A stretch of 64,000 nt of DNA from Promethearchaeota archaeon (GTDB lineage: Archaea > Asgardarchaeota > Lokiarchaeia > Sigyniarchaeales > SOKP01), in the NCBI GenBank assembly GCA_030606485.1, contig JAUWGH010000002.1, positions 134,192 to 198,191 on the forward strand, written 5' to 3'. Shown here in pieces: positions 47,843 through 56,873 of this stretch. Within the stretch, counting starts at the first letter, position 1. Each line of letters begins with the position of its first letter. Position numbers and translations under genes: made by a program. The notes beneath the pieces are model-generated. The model saw nothing but the letters and a program-made list of their open reading frames with translations. It did not search any database and was not told the origin of the DNA.

Positions 47843-49514
47843 TTTTATTTTTTTTTGTTTTTGCTTTATCTATTTCTGGCTTAACACTGCTCACGTATGT
47901 AAAATAATCGATCATATCAATCGATACCTTAATATCTGCAGAGTCGATTGGGATGTGGTTCTCTTCAAGTGTTTCTAAGATAACATCCATTAATTTCTCT
48001 CGTTTCATATTTGAAAGCAATCTTATTCTTTCACCACGTTGTATAACAAAATCAATCTCTTTGATATCTTTTAAGATATCGAGTATTTCAAGTTGTATGG
48101 TCTTGAATTCAATTTCAACTGCATAACCCTTTCCCGGTAATTTTTTTTTTAATTCTTCAGGAGTTCCAAAATCATAAAAACCGATATCCTTCAAAAAAAT
48201 AGCTGCTTTATCACAATATTCAATTTCATCCAAATAATGAGAGATAACCACTAATGTAATATCATATTCTTTATTAATAAAATCCAAGTATTGCCAAAGT
48301 TCATATCGAGCTTGAGGATCAAGGCCAGAAGTTGGCTCATCCAAAAAAATAACATGAGGATTATGAACCATAGAAATCGCTATACTAACTCTTCTTTTTT
48401 GACCACCAGAAAGTGAATCGACCGGTTGATTTGCAACATTAGCAATTCCCAGATCTTCTAAAATCTTTTTTCCGCGTTGAATTATTATGTCTTCGGGAAT
48501 TCCGTATTGCCTACCGAAACTAACAATATTCTCTAATGCGTTAAAGTTTCCATACATTCTACTTAAATCTTGAGGAATGTATCCTATAAACGGAGAAACT
48601 GTCTTTGTATCTCTTGCATTATATCCAAATAGATAAATTTTACCCTTATAATCATATTCTCCCAGAATTGCTTTTAATGTGGTAGATTTACCGGCTCCCG
48701 ACTCTCCTATAATTCCTAAAATTTCTCCCCGATTCAATTCAAAATTTACATCATGAATTATAGTTTTACCTCCTAACTTGACGGATAAATCCTCTACTTC
48801 TAATACTTTTTTACCGAGTGCAAGTTCTTCCCCAATTTGAAATGCTATATTTTGTGGTTGAACTTTTCCAATGTCAGATTTATTAGACACTTGAACAACC
48901 CACTCTAAGCTAACAAATTCTTTAAACTCTTCATTTAATGGATTTTCTCGGTTAAATGCATCAAGCACTTCGATGATAAATTCTCTATTATCCACCTTTT
49001 TAATGGTTCCATAAACAACAACTTTTTCAGCTTTTTTTTCTGATAATAGAATTCCATCAATTAAACATGTAATTCGATATTTTGGTAGGAAGCTTTCTAA
49101 CCACTCTATTGCGTTATGATATTCTTTACCTCTAAAGAAAATTAATTCTTGACGATCAACTTTAAAACTATTCCTTAAAACAAAAATACTTGGATATAGC
49201 AATAAACTTTCTTTAGTTTTTCTAAAGTTACTTGGAATTTTTACTATATGTCTTCCAATGAGAATATTTTCAGAACCTAATTCACCTTCTTCTAACAATA
49301 GATACAATTCATCAGTAAAAATTTGGGATGTAAATTTTCTCAATAATGTACCTTTTGCTTTTATAAATTCTGAGTTAAACCAAGTCCCTGTAACCTCAAT
49401 GTCAATTATATAATTTTGCCGATCTTTTAACCAAAGAAAAATCTCATTAAATTGGTTAGCTGAGAAGATTGCCTCCTCTATTAATTCCTCCACACCAACT
49501 TTTCTTATTGTCAT
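47820..49514 (-). CDS. ABC transporter ATPase with ~235-aa uncharacterised N-terminal extension
   Basis: 564 aa. Walker A GESGAGKST, signature LSGGQKRRVSIA, Walker B IFLDEPTSGLD, and a C-terminal ~90-aa accessory domain. The N-terminal 235 aa have no recognised family. Confidence 0.85.
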   Translation of the reverse strand: MTIRKVGVEELIEEAIFSANQFNEIFLWLKDRQNYIIDIEVTGTWFNSEFIKAKGTLLRKFTSQIFTDELYLLLEEGELGSENILIGRHIVKIPSNFRKTKESLLLYPSIFVLRNSFKVDRQELIFFRGKEYHNAIEWLESFLPKYRITCLIDGILLSEKKAEKVVVYGTIKKVDNREFIIEVLDAFNRENPLNEEFKEFVSLEWVVQVSNKSDIGKVQPQNIAFQIGEELALGKKVLEVEDLSVKLGGKTIIHDVNFELNRGEILGIIGESGAGKSTTLKAILGEYDYKGKIYLFGYNARDTKTVSPFIGYIPQDLSRMYGNFNALENIVSFGRQYGIPEDIIIQRGKKILEDLGIANVANQPVDSLSGGQKRRVSIAISMVHNPHVIFLDEPTSGLDPQARYELWQYLDFINKEYDITLVVISHYLDEIEYCDKAAIFLKDIGFYDFGTPEELKKKLPGKGYAVEIEFKTIQLEILDILKDIKEIDFVIQRGERIRLLSNMKREKLMDVILETLEENHIPIDSADIKVSIDMIDYFTYVSSVKPEIDKAKTKKNKNGEMEVN

Positions 49515-49556
49515 TTTTTATTCTTTTTATAATTTTTTTTCCAATAAAATTTAAAT

Positions 49557-50738
49557 CTATAATAATACTTTTCTACGTCTGTAAAATAAATATGCTGCAA
49601 AAAATAAAATGATGCATTCACTATATTGAATTAAATAATAAATTGGTTCAGATAAAGGTGATTGTCCTCTTAGTGAAATGGATACAATTAAATAATTGGC
49701 ATTAGATAAGGGTAATAAACTTAAAATTAACTCATTTTGAACAAATAAAACACTAATTATTTGAAAAATAAAAACAAAAATAAAAAGCTGCAATGCTTCT
49801 AAGGGTTCTCTGGCTACAGAAGACATAAATAAACCGTATATAACTCCTAATAAAGCGCATAAGAATAAAATCCAGAAAAAATCAAAAACCGAGCCTCTTA
49901 TTTGTAATCCAAGAAAATAAGAAAATATAAAAAGAATTATAATTAAGAGTGTCATTGCAGTTTGCAATGAAATTAATTTTGAAAAGATTATTTCAAATTT
50001 ATTGGCGGGTGTTAATGCCATTCTATCTTTAGGAATATCAGAAACAATTAATTGAGCACCCGTTAAAGATGCAATTGCAAATATAACCATTGGAAAGAAT
50101 AATGGTGCTCCAGAAAAAAGTTGTCTACCTGTTTCAGGGATATTTGCTTGAGTAATTTCATAGTTAAAGACCCCGGTAAAGTTATTTTCTTCTCTAAAAT
50201 CTTCAATTATTATATCAATTATACCTTGAGATGCTTGAAGCTTTGAGAGTTCTAAAATATCGATTACGACAAATAATATTGCTGGAAAATGAATTGATAA
50301 ATTATATTCAAACATCTCAGGAATGATTATATAAACACTTATCACGCCTTTCCCTAACAAAATTTCTAATTCGGTTTGATTATTAGACTCGATAATCTCC
50401 ACCTCTCCTGTTTCCTCATATTGTCTACATTTATTTACAAACACTTTTGATAAATCAACATTTGGAAATCCTTCAGAATTGTCATCATCAATTAATCCAA
50501 TGATTGGAATCTCAAGTCCTCCACCCAGCATTGAAGCTAAGCCTCCCCCTGCATCATCATCTCCCAGTCCAACACCTCCGAATACACCACCAAGAAAAAG
50601 AACTAAAAAAATTGGTAAAGCAAAAATTATTAGCATTGCAAAAATATCCTTCATCAGTACTCTCAATTCTTTCAAATAAAGTCCTTGGATTCTATAAATG
50701 CTTTTTGTTAATTTCTCTAGTTTTCCCATTGAGCTCAC
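49557..50738 (-). CDS. ABC-2 type permease (N-terminal TM, large external loop, five C-terminal TMs)
   Basis: 393 aa. Topology and composition typical of the ABC2_membrane_3 family. The loop contains a Gly/Asp-rich stretch (GGVGLGDDDAGGGLASMLGGG). Confidence 0.7.
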   Translation of the reverse strand: MSSMGKLEKLTKSIYRIQGLYLKELRVLMKDIFAMLIIFALPIFLVLFLGGVFGGVGLGDDDAGGGLASMLGGGLEIPIIGLIDDDNSEGFPNVDLSKVFVNKCRQYEETGEVEIIESNNQTELEILLGKGVISVYIIIPEMFEYNLSIHFPAILFVVIDILELSKLQASQGIIDIIIEDFREENNFTGVFNYEITQANIPETGRQLFSGAPLFFPMVIFAIASLTGAQLIVSDIPKDRMALTPANKFEIIFSKLISLQTAMTLLIIILFIFSYFLGLQIRGSVFDFFWILFLCALLGVIYGLFMSSVAREPLEALQLFIFVFIFQIISVLFVQNELILSLLPLSNANYLIVSISLRGQSPLSEPIYYLIQYSECIILFFAAYLFYRRRKVLL

Positions 50739-50757
50739 TTATATAAATGATTTTTTT

Positions 50758-51891
50758 TTAAACAAACTCCTTTTTAATATATTGAAAATATAAAATATTA
50801 ATAACAAAAAAGAACAGGGTTACAATCGATAAATTTAATATATTTGGCCAAACTTCAAATAAAGATTTACCTCGATATGCTAAATCGATAAATGCGGCAG
50901 TTGCTTGTTCCAGTGGTAAAAAATTAACAATTGCTGGAATCCTTACAATTTGAGTTATTAATAACATCATTATAAAAAAGAATAGAAATAACTGTGAGGA
51001 TTGCAATCGGGTAGAGCTGATAGAAGAAAAGAATACTCCAATGACTATGCTATTTAATGCAAAAATTAATAATATTAAAAATAATTCAATGAAGAGACAT
51101 CTATATTGGATTCCAAATCCAAATTCCAAAAATAATAAAATTAATACAATTTGAAATAAGGCTAAAATTAAATAAGCACTGATTTTTGCAATAATCACTT
51201 CAAATCTGAATGTTGGTGTTGTTAAAAGTCTTTTTAATGGTTTATCTCCTACAATACATTGTGTTGTGATCAAATTCAAGCATGCAAAAATCATTATAGT
51301 AGTGAGAAATGGAGCAGCCATTTGTAAGATATTTATTGTTTCTTGTGGTTTCATTATGGGAAAATAGAAAACATCACTTTCAAATTGTTGATTTATCATT
51401 TGGTAATGGACAGTTGCATCCAAAATTGAAGCTTGAGCGGTAAATGCAGCAAAAAAATCAATGTAATCAATATAAATTGGTAATTCAGTTGATTTGTTGT
51501 TTTTTAGATTTTCAGAAAAATTTTCAATTAAAATTATGTATGCTACAATTTCTACTGTTGGTAATTTTTCCTTAGCATATTCCTCGAATTCAGTTGCGTT
51601 CATATTGAAATCTTCTTTAACTTTCACAAAAACATCCATTGTTGTGTTAAACTTAAACATATCAATGAATTCTTGAGATTTTTCAGAATCATCATAATCG
51701 ATAATATAAAGGTCTACCGAGCCTCCCATTAAAGAAAATTCACCTAACCCAATTAAAGTTATGATACAAATAGGAATTATAAATAAAATAAACATTGAAA
51801 TTTTATCTTTAAGTAATGTATCCAATTCCTTTCTAATTAATGAAAATATTCGTTTTCTTCGCTCTTTTAAAGATCTAATATCGATACTCAT
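50758..51891 (-). CDS. ABC-2 type permease, paralog of 49557..50738
   Basis: 377 aa with the same topology, 19 nt upstream of its paralog. Confidence 0.7.
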   Translation of the reverse strand: MSIDIRSLKERRKRIFSLIRKELDTLLKDKISMFILFIIPICIITLIGLGEFSLMGGSVDLYIIDYDDSEKSQEFIDMFKFNTTMDVFVKVKEDFNMNATEFEEYAKEKLPTVEIVAYIILIENFSENLKNNKSTELPIYIDYIDFFAAFTAQASILDATVHYQMINQQFESDVFYFPIMKPQETINILQMAAPFLTTIMIFACLNLITTQCIVGDKPLKRLLTTPTFRFEVIIAKISAYLILALFQIVLILLFLEFGFGIQYRCLFIELFLILLIFALNSIVIGVFFSSISSTRLQSSQLFLFFFIMMLLITQIVRIPAIVNFLPLEQATAAFIDLAYRGKSLFEVWPNILNLSIVTLFFFVINILYFQYIKKEFV

Positions 51892-52013
51892 AATCTATTT
51901 CTATTATTCTCCTATAAAATAAAATAAAATAAAACAATAAGAATATAAATAAATATTCTAAAAATTTTAAATATAATAAGTGTTCAGTATTTCTTAAAAT
52001 ATTTCAAGTAAAT

Positions 52014-53021
52014 ATGTCCAAGATTAAAGCTTCTGGCAAAATTGATAATTTAAAAGATGAATATTCAGATTTTAGCCTAATTTTAGATAAAATATATGCA
52101 AGTTATGAGAGTGGAAAAAATGTTCTTGAAGATATATCATTTAGGGCTAAAAAAGGAGATATTCTTGGAATTATCGGAGGCAGTGGTGCTGGTAAATCCA
52201 CTATTTTAAGAGCAATGACAGGTCAATTAGATAGAAAAATCCTACATAAAGGAAATGTGATAACTGCTGGCATAGATGTTCTAAAAAGTAACAAAGAATT
52301 AATAAATAAGATTGGATACGTTCCCCAACTAGAATATCTTTCATTATATTTTGAATTTAATGCCATAGATAATTGCATCTTTTTTGGAAAGAATTATCAA
52401 TTAGATAAAAATACAATTAGAGAGAATGCAAAAGAAATTTTAGAAGTTTTGGGGTTTGATGATGAATTAATGCATAAACCAGTAAAAAAGTTATCTGGTG
52501 GAGAGAAAAAAAGAGTTAGTATCGCTGTAGGATTAATTAATACCCCAGAGATCTTATTTTTGGACGAACCAACAACGGGTTTAGATCCTCATCTTCGACT
52601 TGCAGTTCTAAATGTCTTATTAAAAATAAATAGAAAATATAACACAACTATTGTAATTGTCAGTCATAATCTTGAAATCTCTGATTACTGTGACTTAATT
52701 GTGGTTTTAATCAAAGGAAAATTAAGAAGTTTTGGTAGTGCTGATGATATGATTCAATCACTTCCATCAGGCGGTAGGGTGGTTTTATGTAAATTCAAAT
52801 ATCTTGATTTGAATCAAATTAAAGCAATTAAGAGGTTACAGAACGTGGAATTTGTATTACATTCTGGAAGAAATCAAATTAAATTATTTTTAAAAGATTT
52901 TTCACAATTCAGGAAGACATATAACCAATTAATTGAATTAAATCTTCCTCTGTCATCCTTTTCCATAAAGCCAGCTAGCTTTATTGATTATTTTCGCATA
53001 ATTGGGGAGAAAGCAATATAG
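52014..53021 (+). CDS. ABC transporter ATPase (second, divergently transcribed)
   Basis: 335 aa. GGSGAGKST, LSGGEKKRVSIA, LFLDEPTTGLD. The C-terminal accessory domain is similar to that of the 564-aa ATPase. Confidence 0.85.
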   Translation: MSKIKASGKIDNLKDEYSDFSLILDKIYASYESGKNVLEDISFRAKKGDILGIIGGSGAGKSTILRAMTGQLDRKILHKGNVITAGIDVLKSNKELINKIGYVPQLEYLSLYFEFNAIDNCIFFGKNYQLDKNTIRENAKEILEVLGFDDELMHKPVKKLSGGEKKRVSIAVGLINTPEILFLDEPTTGLDPHLRLAVLNVLLKINRKYNTTIVIVSHNLEISDYCDLIVVLIKGKLRSFGSADDMIQSLPSGGRVVLCKFKYLDLNQIKAIKRLQNVEFVLHSGRNQIKLFLKDFSQFRKTYNQLIELNLPLSSFSIKPASFIDYFRIIGEKAI

Positions 53022-53025
53022 TAAT

Positions 53026-53130
53026 GGGAAGGTAGTCTAGCTTGGTATGATTCTATTAAGCTCTCAACTTCATAGCGTTCAATCTTGGTTCGGAACCAAG
53101 GGATCGTGAGTTCAAATCTCACCCTTCCCA
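53026..53130 (+). tRNA. tRNA-Pro (anticodon CGG) carrying a 31-nt intron between D-arm and anticodon stem
   Basis: Acceptor GGGAAGG/CCTTCCC with discriminator A. D-arm GTCT-AGCTTGGTA-TGAT. Anticodon arm CTTGG-TTCGGAA-CCAAG (53084-53100). Variable GGATC. T-arm GTGAG-TTCAAAT-CTCAC. No encoded CCA, and a T-run follows. Caveat: position 37 is A, not the G usual for tRNA-Pro. Confidence 0.75.
53053..53083 (+). other. Putative tRNA intron (non-canonical position ~26/27)
   Basis: 31 extra nt between the D-arm and anticodon stem. Both junctions lie in a repeated TCT (53052-53054 and 53083-53085), so the exact cut is ambiguous by up to 2-3 nt. An internal 4-bp helix CTAT/ATAG (53053-56 / 53072-75) and pairing of 53048-50 with 53079-81 suggest a relaxed bulge-helix-bulge. 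Confidence 0.55.
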
Positions 53131-53195
53131 TTTATTTTGATCGTAATAAAAAAAATTGAAGTTACTTCCAATAATTCTTGAAAATAATGGAGTAA

Positions 53196-53525
53196 TCAAT
53201 CTTTGATTGTTTCTAGAAGGCTTATTAGGCGATAAATCATTGTGCGAGCGTGGAATGGGCAATTTGGGTCAGTGCTTAAATCACCGATTAGTGATAGCGC
53301 ATTACTAGCTAATACAGCAGGGGAATCATCGCCAACTTTTAAATTATCGAGAGCTTTTTGAGCTTTTCTCTTTATATTACGTGGGACTGTACGATCTTGA
53401 AGAAGCATTTCGATTAATGTTGCAACATCTGCAAAAGCTTCTCTTATCTCTTTTTTAAATTTACTCCATACATCGCTCATATATAATTCACCTATGTTGA
53501 TATCAAAAAGAGTATCCATCGACAA
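53196..53525 (-). CDS. UPF0147-family small archaeal protein
   Basis: VPRNIKRKA and DPNCPFHARTMIY blocks typical of UPF0147. The likely start is the ATG at 53480 (94 aa). Confidence 0.7.
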   Translation of the reverse strand: MSMDTLFDINIGELYMSDVWSKFKKEIREAFADVATLIEMLLQDRTVPRNIKRKAQKALDNLKVGDDSPAVLASNALSLIGDLSTDPNCPFHARTMIYRLISLLETIKD

Positions 53526-53617
53526 TATATAAAATAAATTTTAAAATATAACTTTTTTGATTTATTTATCTATTTACTACAATTTAAAGAATATAAACTA
53601 TTAAAAAAATTGATAAT

Positions 53618-56527
53618 TTATATAATTTGATTTATTTTTTTCAATATTTTGGGGATTTCTTTAGAATAATCAACTATTTTTTCTTTATAGGTATCTCTAA
53701 GTTCAGTAAAATCATCATATTTTTTATTTTTAATTTTATTCACGAAATTAACACCTAATTCAGATAATTCCCCAAATAATTGATTTATCTGTCTATCCTT
53801 CTCAATTATGGTTGAATCAATCTTCTTCCTTTTCTTTCGTATATAATTTCTTAACTTACCTCGAGGAATCCGCAAATCTTCAATCATTTTATCACAATGG
53901 ATAAGTAAATTATACGCAAGAACTTTTTCTCCCTCCTTTAACGAGTCTTCGATTACTTCAGTTCTCCAAGTTAAAATTCTACCTCTAGCGTAAGTATCAG
54001 GGTTCAAAGATATACTATCTATTTTTTGTTTAATTAAAAATTTTAAAAACTCTGGATAATCACTAGGAGCCTGGCCGCAAATCCCCACGTATTTTCTGCG
54101 TTCGTGAGCAACTTTTATTAAATGTTCAATAGCTCGCTTAATTGCTTCACTATTGGCGATATAATTATATTTTTCCGCAAGAGGGAATAATTTTTGATTA
54201 TCTCTACCACAACCAAAGACTAACTGTGTTAAATCATTTGAACCAATTGAAAATCCATCAAAATAATTACAAAAAATGTCAGCTAGAAATATGTTTGATG
54301 GAATTTCTGCCATCACATAAACTTTTAATCCATCTTGACCTCTTACAAGTCCTTCCACTTGCATTAATTTAATAATTGCTTCTGCTTCATCTGGGGTTCT
54401 ACAAAATGGAACCATAGGAGTAATATTTGTCAAACCCCATGATCGAGCTCTTTTCATAGCACGTAATTCCAAACGAAATGCTTCCTCGAAATCTTCAGAA
54501 ACATATCTTGAACCACCTCTAAATCCTAGCATTGGATTATTTTCATCATGTTCGTATAACCAGCCGCCAATAAGATTTTTATATTCATTTGTTTTAAAAT
54601 CGGAAAGCCTTACCACAGCTTCAGCAATAGAACCATCGTGTAAAGTTTTCCAAACTCCAGCAGCTATTGTTGCAATACCCTCAGCTAACTTTTGAACATA
54701 GTATTCCTCTTTATTATCATATCCAGCTGTAAGTTCTGCAATTTTTTCTAAAGTATTTTTTAAATTCTCGATTTTTTGTACGAATGGATCTTTTTTTGTT
54801 AAATCACTCTTTTTTAATGATTCAATTTGTTCTTTTTTTTCTAATAATTCATGCATATAAATAATTAAATCATCAAAATGTAATAATGCATTAGGATGAA
54901 TTTGGATCAAATCATTGATAATAAATTCTAATCTTGCAAGACCTGTTCCATCGGGATATTTTCCGGATGATAAGGCTCCTTTTGGAATCCCAAGATTTAC
55001 TAAAATTTTGGTTTTAGTTCTTGGTAAGTTATTAAACTCTATTGTATCATAATCAAACTCAACTTCTCCGCCCCAGATTCTTGCTTCTCCTTCAGAACAA
55101 TCAATAGTAATCGAAAGATTCCCTTTTCTTGCATATTCCTTAAGAATTTGGACAATATTATCAGCACCTACAATTGAAGCTAGTTCTAATTCACGTGAAA
55201 CAATGGCAGCATGACACGTTGGTCCACCTCTTTCAGTTATTACTCCATTTAGATTTTGCATATAAGAAGTCCAATCAGGATTAGTTTCTAAAGTAACTAA
55301 TATATCTCCCTCCTCCAGAAGATGAGCATAATTAATATCTTCAATTACTTTTAATCTACCAATTGCGATTTTACGACCAATAGCAGTACCATTTGAACTT
55401 ATCAATTTGTTATTTTTTTTTAAATCTTGAGTATTTTCAATCAAATAATAGATTTCTTCTTTATCCCCCTTTATCGAATGAACTGTTTCTGGACGCGCTT
55501 GGACAATATAAATCTTATCATTATTTCCTATAGCCCATTCTATATCCATACGCTTTCCATAATGTTCTCGAATTTTCATACCATATTTGGCAAGTTCAAT
55601 TGCTTGTTCTCCAGTCAAGCAGAAATGATTTTGCAATTCAACAGGAACGGGAATTGTTTTTGTTCCGCCGATTTCTGTATCGAATACTAATTGATTCTTT
55701 TTAGTAACAAGATCACTGGCAATTATTGTAAGACCTTTTGGATTATGTTTGAAAATAATATTTTCATCTCCTTCTTCTGCTCCCTGGACAATTAATTCTC
55801 CTAAACCCCATACGCCTCTTATAACAATAACATTTTCGTTTCCTGAATCTGGATCTTCTGTAAACATTACTCCTGATGACTTTACTCCACCTAAGCCACC
55901 TGCCATTTCTTGAACTCCAACAGCTAATTTAACATCAAAATGATCATAACCCGATCTCTCTCTATAAGCTGTAGCACGCGTAGTGAAGATTGAGGCCATA
56001 TCTTTTAAAATATATTTTAAAATATTTTCTTCGCCACTAATATTTAAGTGAGTATCTTGTTGCCCTGCAAAACTTGATTCTGGTAAATCTTCTGCAGTTG
56101 CACTGGAACGGATTGCAAATGATGTATCTTCTCCAATTTTTTCTAGTAATTTATGATAAGCATCTAAAATTTCATCTTGCATACTATCAGGTATTTGGGA
56201 TTGTTCAATTGCAGTTCTAATGCTTGCACAAATCTGATCTACTCTCTGTATTGCCGAAATATCCTCACTTTGTAGTTCTTTTTTTATTGAACCAATTTGT
56301 CTTCGAATATATTCTTTTAGTGTAATTTCTTCATTTTTTATTGTATAATAATTATTTTCCAAAATGTAGTCAAATGCACTAGCACTTACTGCAAATCCTA
56401 ATGGAACAGGTATACCAAAACTTAATAATTCACCTAAACTTGCGTTCTTACCTCCTACGAGGTCAATATCAGAGGTCCTTACATCCTCAAAAAACTTAAT
56501 AAATCGATAATTGCTTAAAGACGACAT
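53618..56527 (-). CDS. ppsA: Phosphoenolpyruvate synthase / pyruvate,water dikinase-like enzyme with C-terminal extension
   Basis: 969 aa. ATP-grasp N-terminus GGKNASLGEL, phosphohistidine swivel GGPTCHAAIVSREL, PEP-utilising TIM barrel with GSNDLTQL. An extra ~111 aa Lys-rich helical tail follows. Confidence 0.85.
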   Translation of the reverse strand: MSSLSNYRFIKFFEDVRTSDIDLVGGKNASLGELLSFGIPVPLGFAVSASAFDYILENNYYTIKNEEITLKEYIRRQIGSIKKELQSEDISAIQRVDQICASIRTAIEQSQIPDSMQDEILDAYHKLLEKIGEDTSFAIRSSATAEDLPESSFAGQQDTHLNISGEENILKYILKDMASIFTTRATAYRERSGYDHFDVKLAVGVQEMAGGLGGVKSSGVMFTEDPDSGNENVIVIRGVWGLGELIVQGAEEGDENIIFKHNPKGLTIIASDLVTKKNQLVFDTEIGGTKTIPVPVELQNHFCLTGEQAIELAKYGMKIREHYGKRMDIEWAIGNNDKIYIVQARPETVHSIKGDKEEIYYLIENTQDLKKNNKLISSNGTAIGRKIAIGRLKVIEDINYAHLLEEGDILVTLETNPDWTSYMQNLNGVITERGGPTCHAAIVSRELELASIVGADNIVQILKEYARKGNLSITIDCSEGEARIWGGEVEFDYDTIEFNNLPRTKTKILVNLGIPKGALSSGKYPDGTGLARLEFIINDLIQIHPNALLHFDDLIIYMHELLEKKEQIESLKKSDLTKKDPFVQKIENLKNTLEKIAELTAGYDNKEEYYVQKLAEGIATIAAGVWKTLHDGSIAEAVVRLSDFKTNEYKNLIGGWLYEHDENNPMLGFRGGSRYVSEDFEEAFRLELRAMKRARSWGLTNITPMVPFCRTPDEAEAIIKLMQVEGLVRGQDGLKVYVMAEIPSNIFLADIFCNYFDGFSIGSNDLTQLVFGCGRDNQKLFPLAEKYNYIANSEAIKRAIEHLIKVAHERRKYVGICGQAPSDYPEFLKFLIKQKIDSISLNPDTYARGRILTWRTEVIEDSLKEGEKVLAYNLLIHCDKMIEDLRIPRGKLRNYIRKKRKKIDSTIIEKDRQINQLFGELSELGVNFVNKIKNKKYDDFTELRDTYKEKIVDYSKEIPKILKKINQII

Positions 56528-56873
56528 AAGTATATCAAAATTTAATTATTGATTTGATAAAATTAATTTATTAGTATTTTAATAAACAATTTGATTATAA
56601 GATTGTTTTGATTTTTATATTTAATTAGTATAGTTAAAATTTAATCATTTAGTTTAAAATTTTTAATATAGATAAAAAATAAAAATTACTCATAAATAAG
56701 AGATGGTATAGTTAACAGAAAATTCTAAAAAAGAAATAAAATATAATCATTTAACTCTTTATATTATTATTGTACTATGTATTTCCTTTAGTGTATTTGG
56801 AGTATTTTATGTTTTAGGACTTATTTTCCAATTTTTATCCAGTGAAATAATTAACATTTTCGTTTTAGCATAT

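Noticed and set aside
50479-50746. Pro/Ser-rich plus-strand ORFs 50479..50679 and 50504..50746
   Set aside because: Both are antisense to the Gly/Asp-rich loop of the ABC-2 permease. The composition is the complement of that loop.
53026-53130. Alternative reading of the tRNA as a class II (Leu/Ser) tRNA with 53084-53100 as a long variable arm
   Set aside because: That would require an anticodon arm within 53052-53083. No 5-bp stem with a 7-nt U33-containing loop can be drawn there, and the variable region would be about 30 nt.
56709-56711. TAG at codon 3 of the CPBP gene as genome-wide stop-codon reassignment
   Set aside because: TAG clearly terminates hppA (stop at 1912-1914, right after the conserved C-terminus), so general TAG reassignment is not supported. 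A local mutation or alternative start is more likely.
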